DNA from: Candidatus Nanopelagicales bacterium
GTDB lineage: Bacteria > Actinomycetota > Actinomycetes > S36-B12 > UBA5976
Length of the DNA stretch: 64,000 nt
Assembly (NCBI GenBank): GCA_041687715.1
Contig: JBDNJO010000021.1
Coordinates: 4,895-68,894, forward strand
Direction of reading: 5' to 3'
Each line of letters opens with the position of its first letter. Positions within the stretch are counted from its first letter, which is position 1. The notes under the pieces were generated by a model, which was not told the origin of the DNA, ran no database searches, and saw only the letters and a program-made list of their open reading frames with translations. The translations under genes and the position numbers were made by a program. Shown piece after piece: positions 1-8,450 of the stretch.

Positions 1-297
1 ATCATCAAGATCTGGAAAATTGACAGTTACAACCATCCCTTGCGAGACAATTCCTTCTTCAATTTCTGGGGTGCCAATTTGAGCAGTCTCCAGCATTTTT
101 GTTAACTGGCGCACCCGACCTTCATTTTTGCCTTGCTCTTCCCGCGCAGCGTGGTAACCACCATTTTCCTTGAGGTCCCCCTCTTCCCGAGCCGCAGCAA
201 TGCGCGCTTTTATTTCCTCGCGCAGCGCGCCGCTTCGATTCTCTAACTCAGCTTTGAGTCGATCGAATGCATCTTGGGTTAGCCATACTTCGTTCAC
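1..297 (-). CDS. greA: Transcription elongation factor GreA. N-terminal ~99 codons only; the 3' end runs off the window.
   Basis: Absent from the ORF track because it is truncated. The reverse complement reads VNEVWLTQDAFDRLKAELENRSGALREEIKARIAAAREEGDLKENGGYHAAREEQGKNEGRVRQL, the GreA coiled-coil N-domain. GTG start at 297-295. Synteny greA / Rv1081c-like / mca matches M. tuberculosis Rv1080c-Rv1082. Confidence 0.85.
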   Translation of the reverse strand, partial: MNEVWLTQDAFDRLKAELENRSGALREEIKARIAAAREEGDLKENGGYHAAREEQGKNEGRVRQLTKMLETAQIGTPEIEEGIVSQGMVVTVNFPDLDD

Positions 298-317
298 TTG
301 ATAGAGATTACGCGTAA

Positions 318-797
318 TTAGCTAGTTGGGGCGACTCCGGGCGCGACTTGCTCTGGAATCTTGACTCCTGGTGGGAAATCTGGTGGTGGCACTCGCATTT
401 GCGCGGTATTAGCGCAACCCAAAACTTCAGCGAGAACGGCTTCACCATTAGTAGTTAGGGGATAAGTAACTTGTTTATAGTCATTACCAGGGGCGATGCG
501 AACGATTGCGTAGCCAACGTCAGTTCGTCGAATATCTTGTGCGCGAATGACACAGTAAGTAGTTAATTGAGAGCCACGGGAAACTTCCCAAGTCACTAAT
601 ACTTGGGAAGGCGAAGTTACTTCAAAGGCTAAAAGGTCAGCACGAACGCTTGGATTTTGTTGCCGGAAATTTGCAAAAGCAAGTCCGCCTGAGACGACTG
701 CTGCAATTAAAATTCCAATCAGAATTGGCGCAGTTCGACTTTTGCGCACACCGTACCTAGCATGCAGATGCTGGGGGATCTCAGTTTGATTTCGCAT
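318..797 (-). CDS. Single-pass membrane protein, DUF4307 / Rv1081c-like
   Basis: Track ORF is 318-989, but its first 64 codons overlap the divergent mca gene. The internal ATG (797-795) gives MRNQTEIPQHLHARYGVRKSRTAPILIGILIAAVVSGGLAF: a basic N-terminus followed by one TM helix. It sits between greA and mca as in mycobacteria. Confidence 0.6.
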   Translation of the reverse strand: MRNQTEIPQHLHARYGVRKSRTAPILIGILIAAVVSGGLAFANFRQQNPSVRADLLAFEVTSPSQVLVTWEVSRGSQLTTYCVIRAQDIRRTDVGYAIVRIAPGNDYKQVTYPLTTNGEAVLAEVLGCANTAQMRVPPPDFPPGVKIPEQVAPGVAPTS

Positions 798-901
798 AGT
801 AACTTCACGATACCCCAACGCTTCATCCTTAGCGCTGTCCTTGTTTCGCTCAAAAGTATGCAGTAGTGGAGAATAGACATGTGTCGAATCCACAATTTGT
901 A

Positions 902-1771
902 ATGCCCCTTCCAGGTGAGACATTACGCCTATTGGCAGTGCACGCACATCCCGATGATGAATCCAGCAAGGGCGCAGCCTCAACGGCAAAATACGTTAGC
1001 CAAGGTGTGGAAATCATGGTTGTGAGTTGCACAGGTGGTGAACGTGGAGACATTTTGAATCCAGCATTTACTCTGGGTGAGCGTTCAATTTTTGAAGTGC
1101 GCAAAGCTGAAATGAATCGTGCGGCGCAAATCCTTGGAGTACAACACCGTTGGCTTGGATTTGAAGATTCTGGTTGGCCGGATGGAGATCCAAAGCCGCC
1201 GCTTCCGACTGGCTGCTTTGCAGACTTACCACTTGAGCAAGTAAGTGCCCCTTTGGTTGACATAGTGCGGGAATTTAGACCGCACGTAGTCACAACGTAT
1301 GATGAAAAAGGCGGTTACCCGCACCCTGACCACATCCGCACACACGAAGTTTCGATGTTCGCGTGGGAAAAGGCAGCCGATCCAAATTATGACTCCAACC
1401 TTGAACCCTGGGTGGTAGCCAAGCTTTATTACCATCACGGTTTTTCTAAGGTTCGAGTTCAGGCAATGCATGATGCCTGTATTGAGCTCGGAATTGAATC
1501 GCCTTACCAAGAGTGGTTAGACGAATGGGAAGATGACGACTTAACTTCGGATCGGACAACAGCGCACATAGATTGCGCAGATTGGTTTACGGTACGCGAA
1601 GCTGCATTGAAAGCACATGAAACTCAAATTGATCCAAACGGAAGTTGGTTCGCAGTTCCACTTGATAAAATGGCACAGATATGGCCGACAGAAGACTTTG
1701 AACTTGCATTTTCGCGCATTGGTACGATTGCTAAAGAAGATGACCTTTTTACTGGCTTGCGAGGAGAATAA
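902..1771 (+). CDS. mca: Mycothiol S-conjugate amidase (LmbE/PIG-L deacetylase fold)
   Basis: LRLLAVHAHPDDESSKGAA...TGGERGDILNPA...REFRPHVVTTYDEKGGYPHPDHIRTHEV...WPTEDFELA aligns closely with my memory of M. tuberculosis Mca. The track ORF starts at GTG 866; ATG 902 (MPLPGETLRLL) fits the family N-terminus better. Confidence 0.88.
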   Translation: MPLPGETLRLLAVHAHPDDESSKGAASTAKYVSQGVEIMVVSCTGGERGDILNPAFTLGERSIFEVRKAEMNRAAQILGVQHRWLGFEDSGWPDGDPKPPLPTGCFADLPLEQVSAPLVDIVREFRPHVVTTYDEKGGYPHPDHIRTHEVSMFAWEKAADPNYDSNLEPWVVAKLYYHHGFSKVRVQAMHDACIELGIESPYQEWLDEWEDDDLTSDRTTAHIDCADWFTVREAALKAHETQIDPNGSWFAVPLDKMAQIWPTEDFELAFSRIGTIAKEDDLFTGLRGE

Positions 1772-1975
1772 ATGTTTAGATTCTTGAATTCACTAACTAG
1801 TATTTCGCCTGAGCCATTTCCATCCTCAACATCTTTTGACGCAACCACAGTCAATCCAGGCCCTATTGGTGGCATTGTTTTCTTGTTCTTGACGATCGCA
1901 GTAGTTCTTTTACTTTTCAGTTTCAATCGTCACATAAAGAAAGTGAACTTTGAGCAGGAAGAACCTGAAAGTTAA
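1772..1975 (+). CDS. Small single-TM membrane protein, hypothetical
   Basis: 67-aa ORF. Its ATG immediately follows the mca stop (TAAATG). Hydrophobic core IGGIVFLFLTIAVVLLLFSF. No recognisable family. Confidence 0.45.
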   Translation: MFRFLNSLTSISPEPFPSSTSFDATTVNPGPIGGIVFLFLTIAVVLLLFSFNRHIKKVNFEQEEPES

Positions 1976-1981
1976 GTATCA

Positions 1982-2749
1982 ATGATTAGGCACTTCACTG
2001 CACGGTTAATTAGAACTCATGTTCTTGGTGTGCTTTGCTTTTTAGCGTGCCTTGCTCTTGCAAATTGGCAGTGGGAGCGCGCACAGGTATACGTTCCAAA
2101 CGCTGGCTCAGTAGAAAAAACTTTTTCAGAGCTCAGTCCACTGCGAGATTACTTACCAATTTCCTCTGTCGGAGTTTCAACACAAGTCTCTGGAACATGG
2201 CAGCCGAGTGAACGAATTGTTTTGCCGAATCGAATCTCAAACGGGCCGGGCATGGTGGCTGAAACTTCTGGGCAAGTAGATTCTGCCGAATTTATAGGAC
2301 CAGTTGGTACTTGGGTAGTAGACATCATGGAGCTGGCAGACGGATCAAGTCTTGGCGTAGTTCGAGGATTCACCGAAAACGCACAACTGGTGCCACTGGC
2401 AACAGGTGAACAAACGATTACTGGAGTTATGCAGCCAAGTGAAGATGTGCCCGGCTTGGAATTAGTTAACGGTATTTCGCTGCTTACTACAAACCTAATT
2501 GTGGAAAATTCTCGAACAATTGCCCATGATGGCTACTTAGTTGCGACCTCAAATTCACCAGGCTTAATTAGTGTGCAACCAATTTTTGAGAAACCACCGG
2601 TCCAAGGATTAAATTGGCGAAATGTCGCCTACACCTTCAACTGGATATTTTTTGCGGTAATTGTTGGCTTCATGTGGGTGCGGGTTGCAAAAGATGAACT
2701 CCAATACGCCGAACTGGCCGGTATTACTGGAGACTTATCTCATGACTAA
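1982..2749 (+). CDS. SURF1-like cytochrome oxidase assembly protein
   Basis: N-terminal TM helix followed by LANWQWERAQ (SURF1 'WQxxR' motif). C-terminal TM helix NVAYTFNWIFFAVIVGFMWV. Confidence 0.7.
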   Translation: MIRHFTARLIRTHVLGVLCFLACLALANWQWERAQVYVPNAGSVEKTFSELSPLRDYLPISSVGVSTQVSGTWQPSERIVLPNRISNGPGMVAETSGQVDSAEFIGPVGTWVVDIMELADGSSLGVVRGFTENAQLVPLATGEQTITGVMQPSEDVPGLELVNGISLLTTNLIVENSRTIAHDGYLVATSNSPGLISVQPIFEKPPVQGLNWRNVAYTFNWIFFAVIVGFMWVRVAKDELQYAELAGITGDLSHD

Positions 2750-3065
2750 TCACTCTAAAGATTTTGCAAAGCAATGGATGTTCTATCGCATCATGGCCTT
2801 GGTTGTAGGAACCGTATTACTAGTTCTGACATTATTTTTAATTTCAGTTCGCGTTATTGGTAACCCAGAACCAGCTTTCTATGCGGCAGCTTGGATGGCT
2901 CATGGGTACTTATTCCCAATTTACGTAATTGCGACATTTATGTTGTCCACTAAATTGAAGTGGTCATTCACTAAAACTATTTTGATCATGCTCGCAGGCA
3001 CCGTTCCGTTTATGTCATTCATTACTGAGCGCCGAGTTGCGCAGCAAGTTGCCAACTTAAATTAG
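2742..3065 (+). CDS. DUF3817-type integral membrane protein
   Basis: Track ORF is 2661-3065. The ATG at 2742 overlaps the SURF1 stop (ATGACTAA) and gives MTNHSKDFAKQWMFYRIMALVVGTVLLVL, with 3-4 TM helices. Confidence 0.6.
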   Translation: MTNHSKDFAKQWMFYRIMALVVGTVLLVLTLFLISVRVIGNPEPAFYAAAWMAHGYLFPIYVIATFMLSTKLKWSFTKTILIMLAGTVPFMSFITERRVAQQVANLN

Positions 3066-3994
3066 ATCCAGCGATGCTGTCCTTCTGGCTCATCGGCCCA
3101 GGATCGCTCATCTTCTAGCGGCTCCACATGCGTGGAAACTGTTGTGTGCTCCAACAAGGCTTTAATTTCAGCTTCAATGGTTTCTGATAAGTCGTGTCCT
3201 TTTTGGATTGTCCAGTCGCCCGGAACTAAAACATGCATTGATACAAAACGTTCGCGGCCAGCTTCTCGCGTTTGAAGCGCATGAAATTTAATAGTTTCAG
3301 ATTCGTGCTTTTGAAGAACTTCTACAATTTTTAAGTGATCTTCATCAGGAAGCGCCTTATCCATCAAACCAGCAGTGCTTGCGCGAAGTAGTCTTACGCC
3401 CGTTACGACAATGTTCAAGCCAACAGCTAACGCAACAACGCCATCAAGACGCTGCCAACCCGTGAGTACCACCAATCCCACACCAACGATTACGCCAACA
3501 GAAGTCCAAACATCGGTAAGTAAATGTTTACCATCAGCAACTAGGGCAGGTGAGCGATGTTGTTTTCCAGTGCGCAGCAAAATCATTGCAGTGCCACCAT
3601 TAATTACCGCAGCGATGGTTGAAATGGTTAGACCCCAACCTATTGATTCCAATTCTCTTGGATTAATGATTCGTTCAACTGCGGTGTAAACAATGATTAG
3701 CGCCGCAAATAAAATCATGAAACCTTCAATCTGAGCAGAAAAATACTCAGCTTTTCCTCGACCAAAATGATGAACTGCATCTGCTGGTTTCATGGCTGCG
3801 CGAATCGCAAACAGTGCCACAACTGCAGCAACAATGTTTACAGTTGACTCCAAGGCATCTGAAAGTAAACCAACTGACCCGGTGACAGACCATGCGGCCA
3901 TTTTCATTCCGAAAACAATTACGCTGACAATGATGGACAACCAAGCGAATTTTTGCAGGTTGACTCGAAGTTCTGAGTTTTGATTAACGCTCAT
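3062..3994 (-). CDS. Cation diffusion facilitator (CDF) family metal efflux transporter
   Basis: 310 aa with six TM helices. Contains SDALESTVN and HLLTDVWTS motifs and a C-terminal cytoplasmic domain (HALQTREAG...FVSMHVLVPG). Confidence 0.85.
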   Translation of the reverse strand: MSVNQNSELRVNLQKFAWLSIIVSVIVFGMKMAAWSVTGSVGLLSDALESTVNIVAAVVALFAIRAAMKPADAVHHFGRGKAEYFSAQIEGFMILFAALIIVYTAVERIINPRELESIGWGLTISTIAAVINGGTAMILLRTGKQHRSPALVADGKHLLTDVWTSVGVIVGVGLVVLTGWQRLDGVVALAVGLNIVVTGVRLLRASTAGLMDKALPDEDHLKIVEVLQKHESETIKFHALQTREAGRERFVSMHVLVPGDWTIQKGHDLSETIEAEIKALLEHTTVSTHVEPLEDERSWADEPEGQHRWI

Positions 3995-4055
3995 ACTTCA
4001 TTGTGGCAGATGCTGTGATGGCATGGTACAAAGTACGCAAGTAAGCAATTGGAAA

Positions 4056-6218
4056 TTAGTGAGCCAAACCAATCTTTTTATGAAGTCGGCGCAGTGGCGC
4101 CGGGGACCACCAATTCCAGTCGCCAGCAATCCGCATTAACGCAGGCACTAACAAGCCGCGAATTACAGTTGCATCCAAAATAATGGCAAAGGCAATTCCA
4201 AATCCCAGCATCTTAATACTTGTCACACCACTGGTTATAAAGCACGCAAACACAATGGCAATGAGTACAGCTGCTGCGGTAATTATTCGTCCTGACTTTT
4301 GCAGCCCTACGGTGACGGAATCGATGGTGCCCGCACCAGCATCATGCTCTTCTTTAATTCGAGAAAGTAGGAATAGTTCGTAATCCATTGACAAACCAAA
4401 GGCGACAATCGCGACCAAGACCAGAGTGGAAGTATCCAATGACCCAGTAACGGTGAAATCACCTACAAGCCATTTGGCGTTTCCATCCTGGAAAATCCAA
4501 ACAAGTAATCCAAGAGTGGCACTCAAGCTGAGTACATTCAATATCAACGCTTTGATTGGAAGAATCACGCTTCCGGTGTAAAGGAATAACACGATAAACG
4601 TTGCTAATGCCAGCCAGCCAAGTACAGCAGGCAAGTTCCCTGAAATGCCATTTTGCGAATCAGTAAATATCGCTGCTTGTCCACCTACTAGGACTCCCTC
4701 AACTGGTGTGGGAATACCTCGTAATCGAGTTATTAAATCTTGGGCATTCTTATCGCGAGATTCCACATCGGAGAAGACCGTTATTCGATGATGCGCAGCT
4801 GAAGCAGCCACACCTTGTTCAACTGGGATCGGAGTTACCTCGCCACCTTGAATCATTGAATCACTTGTTAGAACTCGAACAACATTTACGTCGGCGGCAA
4901 TTTTTCGTGCATAGTCACTTATTTGTCCAGTACTTGCCCCGATTGGAACCAGCACTTCAATTGGAACCTGACTTTCAAATCGCACTCTTAATTCATCTGA
5001 CGCGATTGCAGCTGGATTACTTGCTGGCAGAACTCGATCATCTACTTGACTAAATTTCGCAGTTAGCGCTGGCGAGGCAAGCGTTAACAAAACGGTGATG
5101 GTGATTACCGTGATTGTTACCGGGCGCTTCATTACATTTGCTGCTAGCCAGGACCAAGCACCTGCCTCCTTAGGCTGCAAATCACCGCGACGGATTTTCC
5201 ACTTATCAACCCTGTGTCCAAGCATTGCCAGTACCGCAGGTAATGCAACGACCGACGCCAAGACAGCGAACAGCACAACACTCACGCCAGCGTAAGCAAA
5301 AGATTTAAGAAAGTATTGTGGGAATAACGACATGGAAGCAAGCACTAGTGCCACAGTTACTCCCGAACTAAAGACTGTTTTTCCAGCGGTTTCCACGGTT
5401 CGAGTGACTGAAGCGTTAACGTCATTCGTTCTTGCGAGCTCTTCCCGGAATCGATTAACAATTAAAAGTGCGTAGTCGATGCCAAGTCCTAAACCAAGCC
5501 CGGTTATTAAGTTAAGCGCGAAGATTGAGACATCAGTAAATTGCGTCAATATGTAAAGCACAAAGAAGCTACCTGTGATTGAACCAAAAGCCACAATCAT
5601 TGGTAATCCTGCAGCAACAGCGGCGCCAAAGACGAATAGCAACATCAAAATATTTAGTGGAACTGCGATAAGTTCCGCCATCTTCAAGTCATCTTCGATC
5701 TGATTATTTATGGAGTTATATAAAACTTCGATACCACCCACATAAGTACGCGTATCAGATTTAGCTTGGTCATACTTTGTCTGGAGATTTAAGGCAGTAG
5801 CTGCAGCTGCTTCATCTGATATGCCGTTGCCGAAATAAACCAGAACTAAGCCAGCATTACCATCTTTGCTTTTGAATTCAGTTAGATTTCCAGAATTCCA
5901 ATACGAGATTACAGATTCGACGTTTTGCTCAGCCGCTACGGCGTCAGTGATCTTGGTTGCAGCAGCAACAGAGGCAGGGTCATCAATTGCGTTACCGGTA
6001 TCAATTATTAGGAGCACAGAAGCATCGGTTGCGTTGAAATCTTCTCGCAATAGTGAATCAACTGCAGCGGAATCACTACCAAGGTCGTCGTAACCCTGAC
6101 TTTTAAGAGAACCAAATATGCCAGCACCTATGACGCCCGTAACCAAAATGGTTATTAAGTAAGTGATGAAGACGCGTTTACGATGCTTAACTACGAAGTT
6201 GCCTAATGAATGGAACAA
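4056..6218 (-). CDS. MMPL-family (RND superfamily) membrane transporter
   Basis: 720 aa with two 6-TM bundles. Contains GLGIDYALLIVNRFREE and GLSMDYELFLLSRIKEEH, the duplicated MMPL signature. Confidence 0.85.
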   Translation of the reverse strand: MFHSLGNFVVKHRKRVFITYLITILVTGVIGAGIFGSLKSQGYDDLGSDSAAVDSLLREDFNATDASVLLIIDTGNAIDDPASVAAATKITDAVAAEQNVESVISYWNSGNLTEFKSKDGNAGLVLVYFGNGISDEAAAATALNLQTKYDQAKSDTRTYVGGIEVLYNSINNQIEDDLKMAELIAVPLNILMLLFVFGAAVAAGLPMIVAFGSITGSFFVLYILTQFTDVSIFALNLITGLGLGLGIDYALLIVNRFREELARTNDVNASVTRTVETAGKTVFSSGVTVALVLASMSLFPQYFLKSFAYAGVSVVLFAVLASVVALPAVLAMLGHRVDKWKIRRGDLQPKEAGAWSWLAANVMKRPVTITVITITVLLTLASPALTAKFSQVDDRVLPASNPAAIASDELRVRFESQVPIEVLVPIGASTGQISDYARKIAADVNVVRVLTSDSMIQGGEVTPIPVEQGVAASAAHHRITVFSDVESRDKNAQDLITRLRGIPTPVEGVLVGGQAAIFTDSQNGISGNLPAVLGWLALATFIVLFLYTGSVILPIKALILNVLSLSATLGLLVWIFQDGNAKWLVGDFTVTGSLDTSTLVLVAIVAFGLSMDYELFLLSRIKEEHDAGAGTIDSVTVGLQKSGRIITAAAVLIAIVFACFITSGVTSIKMLGFGIAFAIILDATVIRGLLVPALMRIAGDWNWWSPAPLRRLHKKIGLAH

Positions 6219-6265
6219 AATAAATCCTGTAATCTCGGAAATAACTACTCCGAGTTTACCAAATC

Positions 6266-8242
6266 TTACTTAACGCTCACCTTCTTGGTGGTCGAAGCAA
6301 CTTCCCCTAACCGAGCGTCACTGGTCTTGACTCGGTAGGAAACCGTTGCTTTTTTACTACCAGGCTTTACTGCCAGTTTCCATTTTCCTGCTGCATCTGT
6401 TTTAACAGTTCCCGCTTTAGTCCACTTTCCAGATCCAATTCGCCGCTCAATAGTTACCGTTACATTAGGCAACTGTGGGGACACTGAGCCTGACAATGAA
6501 ATTTCTTTATTTCGCTTGGCGCTCTTTGGCGCGCTGAGTGCGAGTTTGCCGGCAACTGAAACCTTTTTCGAGCTGGTTTTGATTGAACCTTTTGAATTCT
6601 TTGCAGTAATTCGAAGACTATGTTTTCCTGGTGGCGGACCAACCCAACTAATTTTCCAAACCCCTGAGGCCGTAGTTGTCGCACTGGAAACAGTGCTCCA
6701 TTTTCCTCCAACTCTATTTTGAAGGGTGACTACTGCGCCAACTTGTGCAGGTGAAACTTTTCCTTCAAATACGTAATTGCTAGGTGTGATTACACTCGCT
6801 GGCCAGTTAACTTTGGTGACTGCGGTAAGTTGCTTCGCAGCAGGAGCAGCAGCAGGAGAAGGAGCTGGCGCGGCAACTATCGCAGGGGTAGTAACTGGAA
6901 TAGAAGTTAAGCCAGGTTCGATGCTGGAAATATAAGTTGATTTAACACCAAGTACGCTGCGTAATCTATCTGGGGTAATGCTCTGCCCTGGGGCGATAAA
7001 GAAACTAAAGATGTTGCCAACTGAATCCGAAATTTCGAGTGTACTTACGCCGCCACTTGCGTACCTTGTGCCCACACTCATTGTTTTTACGTCAGTTATT
7101 GAAACTCCAAGGGCACGCAAGTTAGCAACTAATGTCCCTTGATCGATTGAATCAGTCCAAGAGGAATTTGGATTGTTTGCGCGCGGATCAAGGGACCAAG
7201 GATCATCCTTAGTTATTAAGTAAGGAAACGTGCCGCCCCAAACTTCGCGAACATCCTGGGACTTACCGCCTGTTGAAGATGAGTAATACGTGGAAATTGG
7301 AGCGCCGTTGTATTGCACAACATAACCATTATTGGCATCAATGTTGGTGGCATTAACGGCTGCTACCCAGCGATCGCCACTGGTGCCTATTTCTTTACTG
7401 AAACCAACAAACGCTTGATCTAAAGTTGTGGCATAAATCTGGCAATTGCAGGCAGTTATGTTGGAAGTCTTTTTAATCGCATACGATCTACCCGCTATTG
7501 CTTGCGCTTGCAGCGCAGCTTCGGCCCAAGAAGATGGAACTTCGCCAAGGCCGTACAAGTATTCATCAGAGAGGCGAAGGATGTTTACTACAACTAAATC
7601 TGCAACAAGATCACCAAATAGGCCTGAGCTAATTTCTAAACTTCCATATTTATATCTGCGTGAGCAATTATTGCTGACACAAGTTGCTGCCCCAAGGGAT
7701 GCGTTAGCTAGCGTCACATCGGTACCCGAGCCAACATTGATTACGGTGATGGTTTTATCCCAAGTTATGGCGATAGTTGTTCCAGAACCAAGCACAACAC
7801 CATTTGAAGAAACTTGGGTCAACCCATTCACAGTCGTTAAAGTTGTAACTACTCCAGCTGCAATAACTACTGCTGGGTTGGCATCGATAACCACATTAAA
7901 TGACCCACCACCGGTTGTCCCAGGAATTACTTCGCCGCGTAGTGCCACAAAATTTCGATCCTGAATTAGTCCAACTCGGATGTTTGGATTTGCAATAGGA
8001 ATCGCATCCACGGTGGTGCCTTGGTAATAATAAGTAAGAATTTGAGCAGCACTTTGACCATCAAGTGCCATAGCCTGGGCGCCATACTGGCTCATGCCAA
8101 TTCCATGGCCAAAACCTGAACCCAAAATAGTGAATCCGGAAGGTACGGTCACGGGATCTGCGCCGTATGCGGATGTAAGGGTTCCGCCAAATAAGCACAT
8201 GGATGTGCCGATGGCTATTAATGAGTTACGTGCTCTAGACAT
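6266..8242 (-). CDS. Secreted SpoIID/LytB-domain protein with two C-terminal Ig-like repeats
   Basis: Signal peptide MSRARNSLIAIGTSMCLFGG. GFGHGIGMSQYGAQAMA and YYSSSTGGKS SpoIID motifs. Ala/Pro linker. Two ~75-aa Lys-rich repeats, each ending KKVSV. Confidence 0.8.
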   Translation of the reverse strand: MSRARNSLIAIGTSMCLFGGTLTSAYGADPVTVPSGFTILGSGFGHGIGMSQYGAQAMALDGQSAAQILTYYYQGTTVDAIPIANPNIRVGLIQDRNFVALRGEVIPGTTGGGSFNVVIDANPAVVIAAGVVTTLTTVNGLTQVSSNGVVLGSGTTIAITWDKTITVINVGSGTDVTLANASLGAATCVSNNCSRRYKYGSLEISSGLFGDLVADLVVVNILRLSDEYLYGLGEVPSSWAEAALQAQAIAGRSYAIKKTSNITACNCQIYATTLDQAFVGFSKEIGTSGDRWVAAVNATNIDANNGYVVQYNGAPISTYYSSSTGGKSQDVREVWGGTFPYLITKDDPWSLDPRANNPNSSWTDSIDQGTLVANLRALGVSITDVKTMSVGTRYASGGVSTLEISDSVGNIFSFFIAPGQSITPDRLRSVLGVKSTYISSIEPGLTSIPVTTPAIVAAPAPSPAAAPAAKQLTAVTKVNWPASVITPSNYVFEGKVSPAQVGAVVTLQNRVGGKWSTVSSATTTASGVWKISWVGPPPGKHSLRITAKNSKGSIKTSSKKVSVAGKLALSAPKSAKRNKEISLSGSVSPQLPNVTVTIERRIGSGKWTKAGTVKTDAAGKWKLAVKPGSKKATVSYRVKTSDARLGEVASTTKKVSVK

Positions 8243-8450
8243 GGTCTCGCGTTTCGTCGGGGAAGAAGACTTTTCAAAAGTAACACAGCAAATACCGCTA
8301 TTCCCTTAGGCGCAATTGAGAATTGCTAAAAATTTGGCAATTTTCCCTTGCCATCCCTGGATTTCAAAGGGAGTTGGGTCGTGACCTACCATTAGAGGAG
8401 CGAATTCGCTTGGATCGCGACAATCTGTGAAACATGGCAAGGACTTTTCT

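Noticed and set aside
850-1293. 147-aa minus-strand ORF overlapping mca. Similar shadow ORFs occur in rpoB, rpoC and the ABC-F gene (e.g. 25058-25342, 28001-28315, 51705-52022).
   Set aside because: They lie inside strongly supported genes on the opposite strand, and their Arg/Ser-rich translations are typical of antisense frames.
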